Below are positions 41,987 through 51,160 of a DNA stretch of 64,000 bases, one piece after another. Under the pieces are notes generated by a model. It did not search any database. It saw only the letters and a list, made by a program, of their open reading frames with translations, and was not told the DNA's origin. Origin of the DNA: an uncultured Thermoanaerobaculia bacterium. Its GTDB lineage: Bacteria; Acidobacteriota; JBCCFW01. Location: assembly GCA_964613915.1 (NCBI GenBank), contig CAZTIW010000007.1:67828-131827 (forward strand), written 5' to 3'. The stretch's first letter is position 1. Each line of letters opens with the position of its first letter. The position numbers and the translations under genes were made by a program.

Positions 41987-44331
41987 CGCCGCGCCTTCGA
42001 TCCACGGCGGCGATCGCGCTGGCGCTGGCCGCGCTCGTCCTGGCTGCGTGTCGCGAGCCCCCGCCCGCGCCGGAGCCGTCGCGCCCGTTGCTGGCGGCGA
42101 CAGGGCCAGCCGGGGCCGCGGACGACGAGCGCGCCGACGCGGCGCCCGCTCCGCTCCCGGCTGGCTATTCGCCACGACCTCCCGGGACCCTGACATTCGC
42201 GAAGGACATCGCGCCGCTGGTGTTCGAGACCTGCGCGCCGTGCCACCGGGGGAGCGGCGTCGCCCCGTTCGAGTTGCTCACGCACGCGCAGGTCAGGAAG
42301 CGCGGCCGGCAGATTCGCAGGCTGGTGCTGAACCGCACCATGCCGCCGTGGCTGCCAGCGCCCGGCCTGTCCTTTCTCGGCGAGCGCCGGCTGAGCGACG
42401 ACCAGATCGGCATGCTCGCGCAGTGGATCGACGAGGGGCTGGCCGAGGGCGATCCGGCCGCGCTCCCGCCGGTGCCCACCTGGCCGGATGGCTGGTTGCT
42501 CGGGCCTCCCGATCTGGTCGTCACCCCGGCCGAGGCCTACACGTTGCGGGCGGACGGGCCGGACCAGTTCCGCAACCTCGTGCTGCCAGTTCCGCTCGGC
42601 AAGACGCGCTACGTCCGCGCGATTGACGTGCGACCCGGCAATCCCCGGGTGGTCCACCACGTGACGATAGAACTGGCGCTCCCGTCCGCGCGTGCCCGCG
42701 ACGCCGCTGATCCGGCGCCGGGCTTTGACGGCATGGCCCTCGCGGACTCGCGGCCGCCCCCGGGGCATCTCGTCGGCTGGACGCCCGGCCGCACGGCGCG
42801 CCTGTCCGAGGAGGACATGGCCTGGCCGCTCGAGGCCGGAACCGATCTCCTGGTTCAGTTGCACCTGAGGCCATCGGGCAAGGTCGAGCGCGTCCAGCCA
42901 ATGCTCGGTCTCTACCTGACGGACCAGCCACCCTCGCGCCTGCCGGTCATCCTGATGCTCCGCAACGACGCCATTGACATTCCGGCGGGCGCGACCGCCC
43001 ATGTCGTGGAGGACCGGCTGACCCTGCCGGCCCCCGTGCACGTCCTCGGGATCTCTCCGCACGCGCATTACCTGGCGTCCACCATGGAGGTCTTCGCGAC
43101 CCTTCCCGACGGGTCGCGCACGGAGCTCCTGCGGATCGACGACTGGGACTTCAACTGGCAGGACCGGTTCACCTACGCGCATCCCATCCCGCTGCCGAAG
43201 GGCGCCGAGATCACGATGCGGTATGCGTTCGACAACTCGGCGGGCAACCCGCAGAACCCCAGCGATCCCCCGCGACGCGTCGTGTTCGGCCCCGAATCGT
43301 CCGATGAGATGGCGACGCTCGGACTCCAGGTGCTGCCGCAGGACCCGGGGGATCGCGCGTCCCTCGACGAGGCGCTCTGGCGCAGGCAGCTCGAGCGCGA
43401 TCCGGGTTCGTGGGAGGGGCATCACACGCTCGCGACCATCGCGCTCACGCAGCAGAGGACCGCCGACGCCATCGCGCACCTCGAGAGCGCCGTCGCGATC
43501 AACCCGGCGCACGCGCCGGGTCACTACGATCTCGGCGTGGCGCGGGCGTCCGCGGGGCGCACCGACGACGCCCTTCGCAGCTACGAGCGTGCGATTCAGG
43601 TGGATCCGACGCATGCGGCCGCCCACCGGAACGCGGCGCAGATCCTGGTCGCGCGCGGGGACCTCGCGGCGGCCATCGAGCTCCTGCGCACGGCGGTGCG
43701 GCTTCGGCCCGACCATCTCGACACGCGCTTCGAGCTGGGCGCAGCGCTTGCCCGGGCCGGGGATCTCGCGGGCGCCGAGGACCAGCTGCGCGCGGTGATC
43801 GCGGGGCAGCCCGGAGCGACCGACGCCCGTCGCGAACTCGCGGGCGTGCTGGCGCGCGCGGGGCGGATCCCGGCCGCGCTCGATGAGCTGCGGGCCGCGA
43901 GCCCGGCGCGCCCGAGCGACGCCCAGGCGCATTTCCAGCTCGGCCTGCAGGTCGAGGCTGCGGGCGCGCCCGCCATCGCGCTGGGCTTGCAGCGGCGCGC
44001 GATGGAGCTCGACCGCGCGTGGGCTGCGCCTTGCGTGCAGGCCGCGCGGCTGCTGATCGCGAACCCGGCAGCCACGACCAGGGATGCGGCCGAGGCGCTC
44101 GCGCTCGCTCGGCGCGCGGCGGATCTCACGGAGAACCGGAACGCGGTCGTCCTCGACACGCTCGCCACGTGCCACGCGCTGTCGGGCCAGCTGGACGCGG
44201 CGATCACGGTCGGCGGACGCGCGCTCGAACTCGCGCGCTCGGAGGATCCCGAGCTCGCGCAGCGCATCGCGGGACGCATCGAGGCGTACCGCGCGGCGCG
44301 GGCCGCGGCGCCGCGTCAGGCCGAAAAGTAG
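41983..44331 (+). CDS. Lipoprotein: heme c domain + copper type II (PHM/DBH-like) monooxygenase + TPR repeats
   Basis: Lipobox LAAC, CAPCH...MPPW, VVHH, VQLH, PHAH, DWDFNWQ and DEM motifs, then multiple TPRs. Confidence 0.8.
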   Translation: MTPRLRSTAAIALALAALVLAACREPPPAPEPSRPLLAATGPAGAADDERADAAPAPLPAGYSPRPPGTLTFAKDIAPLVFETCAPCHRGSGVAPFELLTHAQVRKRGRQIRRLVLNRTMPPWLPAPGLSFLGERRLSDDQIGMLAQWIDEGLAEGDPAALPPVPTWPDGWLLGPPDLVVTPAEAYTLRADGPDQFRNLVLPVPLGKTRYVRAIDVRPGNPRVVHHVTIELALPSARARDAADPAPGFDGMALADSRPPPGHLVGWTPGRTARLSEEDMAWPLEAGTDLLVQLHLRPSGKVERVQPMLGLYLTDQPPSRLPVILMLRNDAIDIPAGATAHVVEDRLTLPAPVHVLGISPHAHYLASTMEVFATLPDGSRTELLRIDDWDFNWQDRFTYAHPIPLPKGAEITMRYAFDNSAGNPQNPSDPPRRVVFGPESSDEMATLGLQVLPQDPGDRASLDEALWRRQLERDPGSWEGHHTLATIALTQQRTADAIAHLESAVAINPAHAPGHYDLGVARASAGRTDDALRSYERAIQVDPTHAAAHRNAAQILVARGDLAAAIELLRTAVRLRPDHLDTRFELGAALARAGDLAGAEDQLRAVIAGQPGATDARRELAGVLARAGRIPAALDELRAASPARPSDAQAHFQLGLQVEAAGAPAIALGLQRRAMELDRAWAAPCVQAARLLIANPAATTRDAAEALALARRAADLTENRNAVVLDTLATCHALSGQLDAAITVGGRALELARSEDPELAQRIAGRIEAYRAARAAAPRQAEK

Positions 44332-47300
44332 CGCGCGTCCGGGTGCTGGAACACCAGGGCCGAGACGCTGGCCTCGGGCTCCATCATGAAGCCTTCGGTC
44401 AGCGTCACGCCGATGCTCTCGGGCCGCAGGAGCTGGAAGAGCGTCTCCTGGTCCTCGAGGCGCGGGCAGGCCGGATAGCCGAAGGACACGCGCAGGCCGT
44501 GGTAACGCGCGCGGTAGATGTCCTGCATCGACAGGTCAGGCGGATCCGGCCAGCCCCACGAGCGCCGGATGGTCGCGTGCAGCCACTCGGCCGCGGCCTC
44601 GGCGCCCTCGATGGCGAGAGCTTGCAGGGCGTGCGCCTGGACGTACTCGCCAGCGTCCATGAGCGCGCGCGTCGTCGCGCGCACGTCGTGGCCGCACGTG
44701 GTCACGAACAGCGCGACGTAGTCCGGGTCCGCGGCGTTGTCGGACGCGAGGAAGTCGGCGAGGCACAGGCGCTCGCCGCCCGGCTGCCGGGGGAACGTGA
44801 AGCGCGCTCGCTCGGCGCCTCCGGGCCTGTCCAGGACGACGATGTCGTCGCCCGCGCCGATGGCGGGGAAGAACCGCCAGCACGCGCGCACGCCCAGCAC
44901 GCCGGACGCGACGTGGCGGTCGATGACGCGCAGCACCGTGTCGCGCAGCTCGCGGGCCTTGGGATCGTCCTTCTCGAAGAGGCGCGCCACCAGCCCTCGC
45001 AGGCCCAGGTGCTTGCCGTACAGGACCTGCTCGTTGAGCCAGGGCAGGACCGTGGCGAAGTCCACCTCGCCCAGTTCGTGCCGGCGCAGGTCCGGCGGGG
45101 ACTTGCGCTCGACGGCCGCGCGCGGGCGGATCGGTGACGGCGCCTCGGGGGCGGCGGCCACCGGCGCGACGGCCTCCGCCTCGAAGGCTTGCTGGGCCTC
45201 GCGGGCGTCGCGGGCCACGCGCGCGAGGAGCGCCTCGCGGCTGGCGGGCGCGATCAGCTCGTTCATGACGCCGAGCCCGGACGTCGCGTCGGGGCAGTAG
45301 ATGACGGGCGCGTCGTACTCGGGCGCGATGCGCGTCTGCGTGAACTTGCGCGTGAGCGCGGCGCCCCCCACGAGCACGGGCACGCGCAGGCCCGCCTCGC
45401 GGAACGCGCTGGCCGTGACCACCATCTCGCGCGCGCTCTTCACGAGCAGGCCGGACAGCCCGATCGCGTCGGGCTCGTGCTCGCGCGCGGCGCGCACGAG
45501 CGTCTCCGGCAGCACCTTGATTCCGAGGTTCACGACCGTGTAGCCGTTGTTGCCCAGGATGATCTCGACGAGGTTCTTGCCGATGTCGTGCACGTCCCCG
45601 CGCACCGTCGCGAGCACGACCTTGCCCCGCGCGTGCGAGGCGCTCTTCTCCATGAACTGTTCGAGGTGCGTGACCGCGGCCTTCATGACCTCGGCGCTCT
45701 GCAGGACCTCGGCGACGATGAGCTCGTTCGCGTTGAACAGCCGGCCGACCTCGTCCATGCCCGCCATGAGCGGGCCGTTGATGATGTCGAGCGGACCCCG
45801 CTCGCCGGCCAGGGCTTCGTCCAGCGACGGGATCAGGCCGTCGTGCACGCCCTCGACGACGTGACGCGCGAGCCGCTCGTCGAGCGGCAGGCCGGCGAGC
45901 GGCGCGCGATCCGCCTGGCGCGTGCGACCCCGGAAGTGCGCGGCCAGCGCCGCGGTGGGATCGTCGCCGCGCCCGTGCAGCAGGTTCTCGGCGAGCACGC
46001 GCTCGTTCTCGGGAATGTTCGCGTACCGCTCGATGCGCTCGGTGTTGACGATGGCGAGGTCGAGGCCCGCGCGCGTGCACAGGTACAGGAAGACCGAGTT
46101 GACGACCTCGCGGGCGGCCTCGGGGAGCCCGAACGAGACGTTCGAGATGCCCAGGATGGTCGCGCACGCCGGGAGCGCCTCCTTGATGAGGCGGACGCCC
46201 TCGATCGTCTCGATGGCCGAGCCCTCGTACGCCGCGTCGCCCGTGCCCGCCGGGAACACGAGCGGATCGAACACGATGTCGCGCGCGGCGATCCCGTACT
46301 GCTTCGTCAGGATCTCGAACGATCGCAGCGCCACCTCGAGCTTGCGCTGCCGCGTGACGGCCATGCCCTGCACGCGATCCTCGTCGATGCAGCCCACGAC
46401 GACGGCGGCGCCGAAGCGCCTGACGAGCGGCACGATCTCGTCGAAGCGCTCGAGCCCGTTCTCGAGGTTGATGGAGTTGACGAGGCACTTGCCCTGCACG
46501 AGCTCGAGCGCGGCCTCGAGGACGTCGGCGTCGGTCGTGTCGATCATGAGGGGCGCCTTCACCTTGCGCACGAGGCGCGAGACGAGGGTCACCATGTCCT
46601 GGCGCTCGTTCCGGTCGGGGTCAGCCAGGCACACGTCCACGATCTGGGCGCCGCCGCGCACCTGTCGCCGGCCGATCTCGGCGGCGGGATCCCACTCGCC
46701 CGCGTGCACGAGTCGCTTGAAGGCGCGGCTGCCGATGACGTTCGTGCGCTCGCCGACCAGGAGCGGACGCGCCTCGGGCTCGAACGTGACCGCCTCGATG
46801 CCCGCGACCGCGGCGACCCGCCGGCCGGCGGGCACGCGCGGGGGCATGTCCTTCACGGCGTCCGCCAGCAGCCGGACGTGCGCGGGCGTCGTGCCGCAGC
46901 AGCCGCCGACCACGTTCAGCCAGCCGTGGTGCACGAAGTCGCGCAGGGCCGCCGCGAGCTGCTCCGGAGACTCGTGATACGAGCCGTCCTCGTCCGGGAG
47001 CCCGGCGTTCGGATAGCAGGAGAGGTGGCAGGTCGCGAGCTCGGACAGGGCGCGCAGGTGGTCGCGCATGAAGCCGGGGCCGGTGGAGCAGTTCAGCCCC
47101 ACGAACAGGGGATGAGCGTGCTCGATCGACGTCCAGAACGCCTCGACATCCTGTCCGGCGAGCATGGTGCCCGTGGGCTCGATCGTGCAGGAGATCGCGA
47201 GGGGAATCTCGGAGCCGAGTTCCTCGCGCGCCTTCTCGATCGCGATGATGGCCGCCTTGGCGTTGAGCGTGTCCTGGCACGTCTCGAGAAGCAGGACATC

Positions 47301-47792
47301 CGCGCCGCCCTCGATGAGGCCGAGCGCCTGCACGCGGTACGTCTCGAGCATCTCGGGGAACGTCGCCCCGCCCGTCACCGAGAGCGAGCGCGTGGTGGGC
47401 CCCATGGAGCCGGCGACCCAGCGCGCGCGGCCGTCCTCGCGCGCCACGAGATCGCAGGCCTCGCGCGCGAGCCGGGCGGCGATGCGATTGAGATCGCGCG
47501 CGCTGTCTTGCAGGCCGTACTCGGCCAGGACGAGCGGCGTGGCGCCGAACGTGTTGGTTTCGATGATGTCGGCGCCCGCGCGCAGGTACTCCGCGTGCAT
47601 GCGCCGGATGACGTCGGGTCGCGTGGCGACGAGGTTCTCGTTGCAGCCTTCGAGATGCTCGCCACCGAAGTCAGCGGCGGTCAGATCCGCGGCTTGCAGC
47701 CAGGTGCCGGTCGCCCCGTCGAGGACGAGGACGCGCTCGGCGAGAGCGCGGCCGAGAGGGGACGCACGAGGATCCGGCGGGAGCCGGCTCAC
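44316..47792 (-). CDS. metH: Cobalamin-dependent methionine synthase
   Basis: VLDGATGT, GSMGP, GLNC, YPNAGLP, GGCCG, GERTN, GDVHDIGKN (DxHxxG) and FGYPACP motifs. Confidence 0.97.
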   Translation of the reverse strand: MSRLPPDPRASPLGRALAERVLVLDGATGTWLQAADLTAADFGGEHLEGCNENLVATRPDVIRRMHAEYLRAGADIIETNTFGATPLVLAEYGLQDSARDLNRIAARLAREACDLVAREDGRARWVAGSMGPTTRSLSVTGGATFPEMLETYRVQALGLIEGGADVLLLETCQDTLNAKAAIIAIEKAREELGSEIPLAISCTIEPTGTMLAGQDVEAFWTSIEHAHPLFVGLNCSTGPGFMRDHLRALSELATCHLSCYPNAGLPDEDGSYHESPEQLAAALRDFVHHGWLNVVGGCCGTTPAHVRLLADAVKDMPPRVPAGRRVAAVAGIEAVTFEPEARPLLVGERTNVIGSRAFKRLVHAGEWDPAAEIGRRQVRGGAQIVDVCLADPDRNERQDMVTLVSRLVRKVKAPLMIDTTDADVLEAALELVQGKCLVNSINLENGLERFDEIVPLVRRFGAAVVVGCIDEDRVQGMAVTRQRKLEVALRSFEILTKQYGIAARDIVFDPLVFPAGTGDAAYEGSAIETIEGVRLIKEALPACATILGISNVSFGLPEAAREVVNSVFLYLCTRAGLDLAIVNTERIERYANIPENERVLAENLLHGRGDDPTAALAAHFRGRTRQADRAPLAGLPLDERLARHVVEGVHDGLIPSLDEALAGERGPLDIINGPLMAGMDEVGRLFNANELIVAEVLQSAEVMKAAVTHLEQFMEKSASHARGKVVLATVRGDVHDIGKNLVEIILGNNGYTVVNLGIKVLPETLVRAAREHEPDAIGLSGLLVKSAREMVVTASAFREAGLRVPVLVGGAALTRKFTQTRIAPEYDAPVIYCPDATSGLGVMNELIAPASREALLARVARDAREAQQAFEAEAVAPVAAAPEAPSPIRPRAAVERKSPPDLRRHELGEVDFATVLPWLNEQVLYGKHLGLRGLVARLFEKDDPKARELRDTVLRVIDRHVASGVLGVRACWRFFPAIGAGDDIVVLDRPGGAERARFTFPRQPGGERLCLADFLASDNAADPDYVALFVTTCGHDVRATTRALMDAGEYVQAHALQALAIEGAEAAAEWLHATIRRSWGWPDPPDLSMQDIYRARYHGLRVSFGYPACPRLEDQETLFQLLRPESIGVTLTEGFMMEPEASVSALVFQHPDARYFSA

Positions 47793-49813
47793 GCCGGGGG
47801 AGCGTCATCCGGCGAGTCGCCGGTCGCGTCCGGGGCGGCCCCGGGCGCCGCGGCGTCGCGCTGGTCATGGTCGGTGTCCGCGCCAGCCGCCGGGTCCGGC
47901 GCGTGATCGGGGGTGTCGTCCTCGGGACCGTCCGCGTCGTCGAACTCGGCTTGCGCGGCTGCCAGTTCCTCGGCTTCGCGCGCGGCGGCTTCTCGCGCTT
48001 CGAGCCGAGCCTTGAACGCGTCACCGAACACCGCGAAGCCGCTGCGCGGCGCCGCCGCCGGGTTGTGAACCGGCTCGCCGCCGCCCTCGCGCCTGGGCTT
48101 GCGATCGCCCCGGGGCGGGCGCGGGCCATCGCGATGGCCGCCGCCGGGACGCGGGCCGCCCCCGCGCGGGCCGGCCCCGGGACCGGCGCCGCCGCCAGGT
48201 CCGCGACCGTGTCCGCCGCCGGGGCCGCCGCCAGCCCCGCGCCGCGGTCCGCCGCCGGGGCCCCTGTCCTGGTCCCCTCCGCCGCCGTCGTGACGGGCAT
48301 GCCGGGCGGCCGCCGCCGCGGAACGCTCCGCTGCCGTCCGCCGCGTGAGGCGGATCTTCTGGCCGTCCTCGGAGATCTCGAGGATCTCGACGGTCACGCG
48401 CGATCCGGGCGGGAAGGCCTTCGAGAGATCCTCACCGAATGGAATGAGGCTCTCGGAGGCGTGCAGGAGCCCCGTCTTGCGCGCCCCGAGCTTGATGAAC
48501 GCGCCGAACGGCACGCAGTGATCGACGAATCCCTCGACGCGCGCGCCGGCCTCGATCGCGGGCGCTTCGAGGACGTCGCCTTCCGACGCGCCCTCGGGTG
48601 CCGGCAACAGGGTGATGCGTCGCCGCCGGGCGTCCAGGTCCACGATGCGAGCCAGCAGCTCCGTTCCCGCGGCCGGGATGTCCGTGGCCGCTTCCGAGGG
48701 CACGCGCGCCGGGATCAGCCCCTCGAGCCCGGGCGCGAGCTCGACGAACGCGCCGACTGAGGTGACGCGGCGCGAGGTCACCTTGACCACCTGGCCGACT
48801 TGCAGGCTTGCGCCGAGCGTCTCGAACGGATCGGCCTCGAGGGCCTTCATGCTCAGCGAGATCTTCTTGAAGCCCTCGTCGTGCTTGAGCACGAGGACGT
48901 CGATCTCCTGGCCCGACTTCAGGAAGCCCTTCGGATCACCGACGCGCGCGTGGCTCATCTCCGAGACGTGCAGCAGGCCCTGGAGCCCGCCGAGATCCAC
49001 GAAGGCGCCGTAGGCCTGGAAGCCCACGACCCGTCCGGTCAGCCGCGCGCCCGGCGCGATGCGTTCCCGCGCGCTGGCCGCCAGGCGCTTCTGCTCCTTC
49101 TCGAGGAGCTTGCGGCGGGACACGACGATGCTGCGTCCTTCCGCGTCCCACTTCGTCACCAGGAACGGAACTTCCTGGCCCACGGGATCCCCGCGCAGAT
49201 CGTCGCGGCGGAGCGTGAGTTGCGAGCTCGGGCAGAACGCGCGCACGCCGAGGAGGCGCACCTCGTAGCCGCCCTTGATCGCGTGCGCGATGCGACCGGT
49301 CACGGGCGTCCGCTGGCTCATCGCGTCGGCGAGCTTCTCGAGCGCCTCGGCGCGCGCCGATCGCTTGTGCAGCCACAGGCCGCCCTCGGTCTCCTCGAGC
49401 GTTCCCGAAACGGGGTCGCCCACGACCGCGTGGATCTTGCCCTGCGCGTCGGCCAGCTCGATCTTGTGCATCCGCGCGGTGCGGCCATCCTCGAGCAGCA
49501 GGATCGCGTCCTCGGCGTCGAGCGACTGGATCGTGCCCGAGGCCGACGGCCCCTGCGGGGGCTCCTGGCGCTCGGGCGGGGCCGCCGCGGGCGGCGTCGC
49601 GTCCGGGGCCGTTCCGGCAGCGCTCGCTGGCTCGGGCTCGGGCGAGTCGCCGACCGGGCCGGCGGACTCCGGGGCCTCTGGGAGGCCGGGGGTCTCGGGG
49701 GTCTCGGACGGTTCGGGAGAGTCGGGACGGGGCGGCGGCGTGATCGGGTCGGTGCCGCCGGGCGCTTCGTCGCCGCCGGGCGGATCGACCTGATCCGGAT
49801 CGTGTGGGTGCAT
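47789..49813 (-). CDS. Ribosomal protein S1-like paralog (about 5 S1 domains) with disordered termini
   Basis: AFCPSSQL, YGAFVDLGGLQGLLHVSEM, GAFVELAPGLEGLI and FGAFIKLG...GLLHASE. Pro/acidic N-terminus; Gly/Arg-rich then acidic C-terminus. Confidence 0.85.
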   Translation of the reverse strand: MHPHDPDQVDPPGGDEAPGGTDPITPPPRPDSPEPSETPETPGLPEAPESAGPVGDSPEPEPASAAGTAPDATPPAAAPPERQEPPQGPSASGTIQSLDAEDAILLLEDGRTARMHKIELADAQGKIHAVVGDPVSGTLEETEGGLWLHKRSARAEALEKLADAMSQRTPVTGRIAHAIKGGYEVRLLGVRAFCPSSQLTLRRDDLRGDPVGQEVPFLVTKWDAEGRSIVVSRRKLLEKEQKRLAASARERIAPGARLTGRVVGFQAYGAFVDLGGLQGLLHVSEMSHARVGDPKGFLKSGQEIDVLVLKHDEGFKKISLSMKALEADPFETLGASLQVGQVVKVTSRRVTSVGAFVELAPGLEGLIPARVPSEAATDIPAAGTELLARIVDLDARRRRITLLPAPEGASEGDVLEAPAIEAGARVEGFVDHCVPFGAFIKLGARKTGLLHASESLIPFGEDLSKAFPPGSRVTVEILEISEDGQKIRLTRRTAAERSAAAAARHARHDGGGGDQDRGPGGGPRRGAGGGPGGGHGRGPGGGAGPGAGPRGGGPRPGGGHRDGPRPPRGDRKPRREGGGEPVHNPAAAPRSGFAVFGDAFKARLEAREAAAREAEELAAAQAEFDDADGPEDDTPDHAPDPAAGADTDHDQRDAAAPGAAPDATGDSPDDAPPA

Positions 49814-50119
49814 GAACTGCGGCTCCGCGTTCCGCTGGCCGAAAGGGCACCTCTCACGAAGGAGAGGGTGCGGCGGTTTCGGCGTCCGGCGCGCTTCCTC
49901 GTGGGGTAGGGGATGAGCGGTCCGGCGGGAAGGGCCGGATCATGGCAGGAAGCGGCGCCTGGCGCCATTGGAAGCATGGTGCGGAGAAGATCGCGCCTCG
50001 CTGCTGGGATCCAGGCGTTCGTCGCGACGCCCGGCCTGCGCGGGTGCTTGGCGGGCGGCTGCCGAGGCGAGGCGGAGCCAGGAGGGCTGCCGGGCGCGCC
50101 CGGCCTCGGCAGGAACGGA

Positions 50120-50149
50120 AAGGGGGAGCCCTGGCGAGGGCTCCCCCTT
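50120..50149 (-). terminator. Intrinsic terminator after the EF-hand gene
   Basis: Perfect 12-bp stem AAGGGGGAGCCC / GGGCTCCCCCTT with a 6-nt loop. The minus strand continues UUUCCGUU. Confidence 0.7.
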
Positions 50150-50181
50150 GGCTGCGATCGAGCGCGGCCGCTTCCGCCGGA

Positions 50182-50985
50182 TCAGGCAGGCCCGCGGCCG
50201 TGCATCGGCGCACGCTCGCGCGTGCCCCGGCGATCCGCGGCGTTCGCGCGCGCGGCGTCGATCTCGTCACGCGTCAGGTACCCGTCCCGGTTGCCATCGA
50301 TCTTGTCGAAGTGCTGGCGGCGGCGCTCGTTCATCTCGTTCGCCGAGATGACGCCGTCACCGTCCGCGTCCGCGCGATCGAACATCTTGCCGGCGCGCGG
50401 GCCCGCGGGAATCTCCGAGCGCTCGATCTGCCCGTCGCCATCGCGATCGGCGCGGGCCGCGAGACGCCCCTTCGCGGCGAACTCGTCGAAGCTGATGCGG
50501 CCATCGCCGTCAGCGTCCGCGCTCTCGAAGCGGGCCGCTGCCCGATCGGCGCGCCTCGCTTCGCTGGCGGCTCGCATCTCGTCGGGCGTGAGCTGCCCGT
50601 CGCCGTCCGCGTCGGCCGCCTCGAAGCGCTTCCGGCTAGCGGCCTCGGCCTCGGCCCGCGTGAGGACGCCGTCGCCGTCCGCGTCGGCGTGATCGAAGCG
50701 GTCCAGCGCGCGCGCGTCGTTCGGAACCTCGGCGCGCAGCACCCGGCCGTCGCCATCCGCGTCGAGCCGCGCGAAGCGGTCGCGCGCCGTCAGCTCCGAC
50801 CATGACAGCGCGCGGTTGCCGTCCGTGTCGAGGCGCTGGAGGCGCTGGGCCGGCGTCGCGTCGCCGCCGCGAGCGCCGGGAGCGCGATGGGCGCGGGCGC
50901 CGCGCTCGCCGCCGAGCAGGGGAGACGCCAGGGCGCAGCCGGCGAGGCCGACGGCCAGGAGGGTGCGAAGACGTGCAGGGTTCAT
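50182..50985 (-). CDS. Secreted EF-hand protein (8 loops)
   Basis: Signal peptide, then DTDGNRALSWSE, DADGDGRVLRAE, DADGDGVLTRAE, DADGDGQLTPDE, DADGDGRISFDE, DRDGDGQIERSE, DADGDGVISANE and DGNRDGYLTRDE. Confidence 0.9.
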   Translation of the reverse strand: MNPARLRTLLAVGLAGCALASPLLGGERGARAHRAPGARGGDATPAQRLQRLDTDGNRALSWSELTARDRFARLDADGDGRVLRAEVPNDARALDRFDHADADGDGVLTRAEAEAASRKRFEAADADGDGQLTPDEMRAASEARRADRAAARFESADADGDGRISFDEFAAKGRLAARADRDGDGQIERSEIPAGPRAGKMFDRADADGDGVISANEMNERRRQHFDKIDGNRDGYLTRDEIDAARANAADRRGTRERAPMHGRGPA

Positions 50986-51160
50986 GAGGTGCTGTCCTTT
51001 CCGGGCGCTTGCCCGCGCTGCTCGAACCCTTGGACGCCCTCCGCGTCGCGAGGGTTCAACGCGCCGCCGAGACGGCGCCGGCGGCGCGCGTGCGCGATGG
51101 CCGATCGGACTGGCCGCGCCAGCGTGGCATGCTCCCCGGCGTGCTGACGGACGATCCAGC

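Noticed and set aside
48090-48300. GC-rich quasi-repeats (GGC/CCG runs)
   Set aside because: They encode the Gly/Pro-rich tail of the S1 paralog and are not an independent repeat element.
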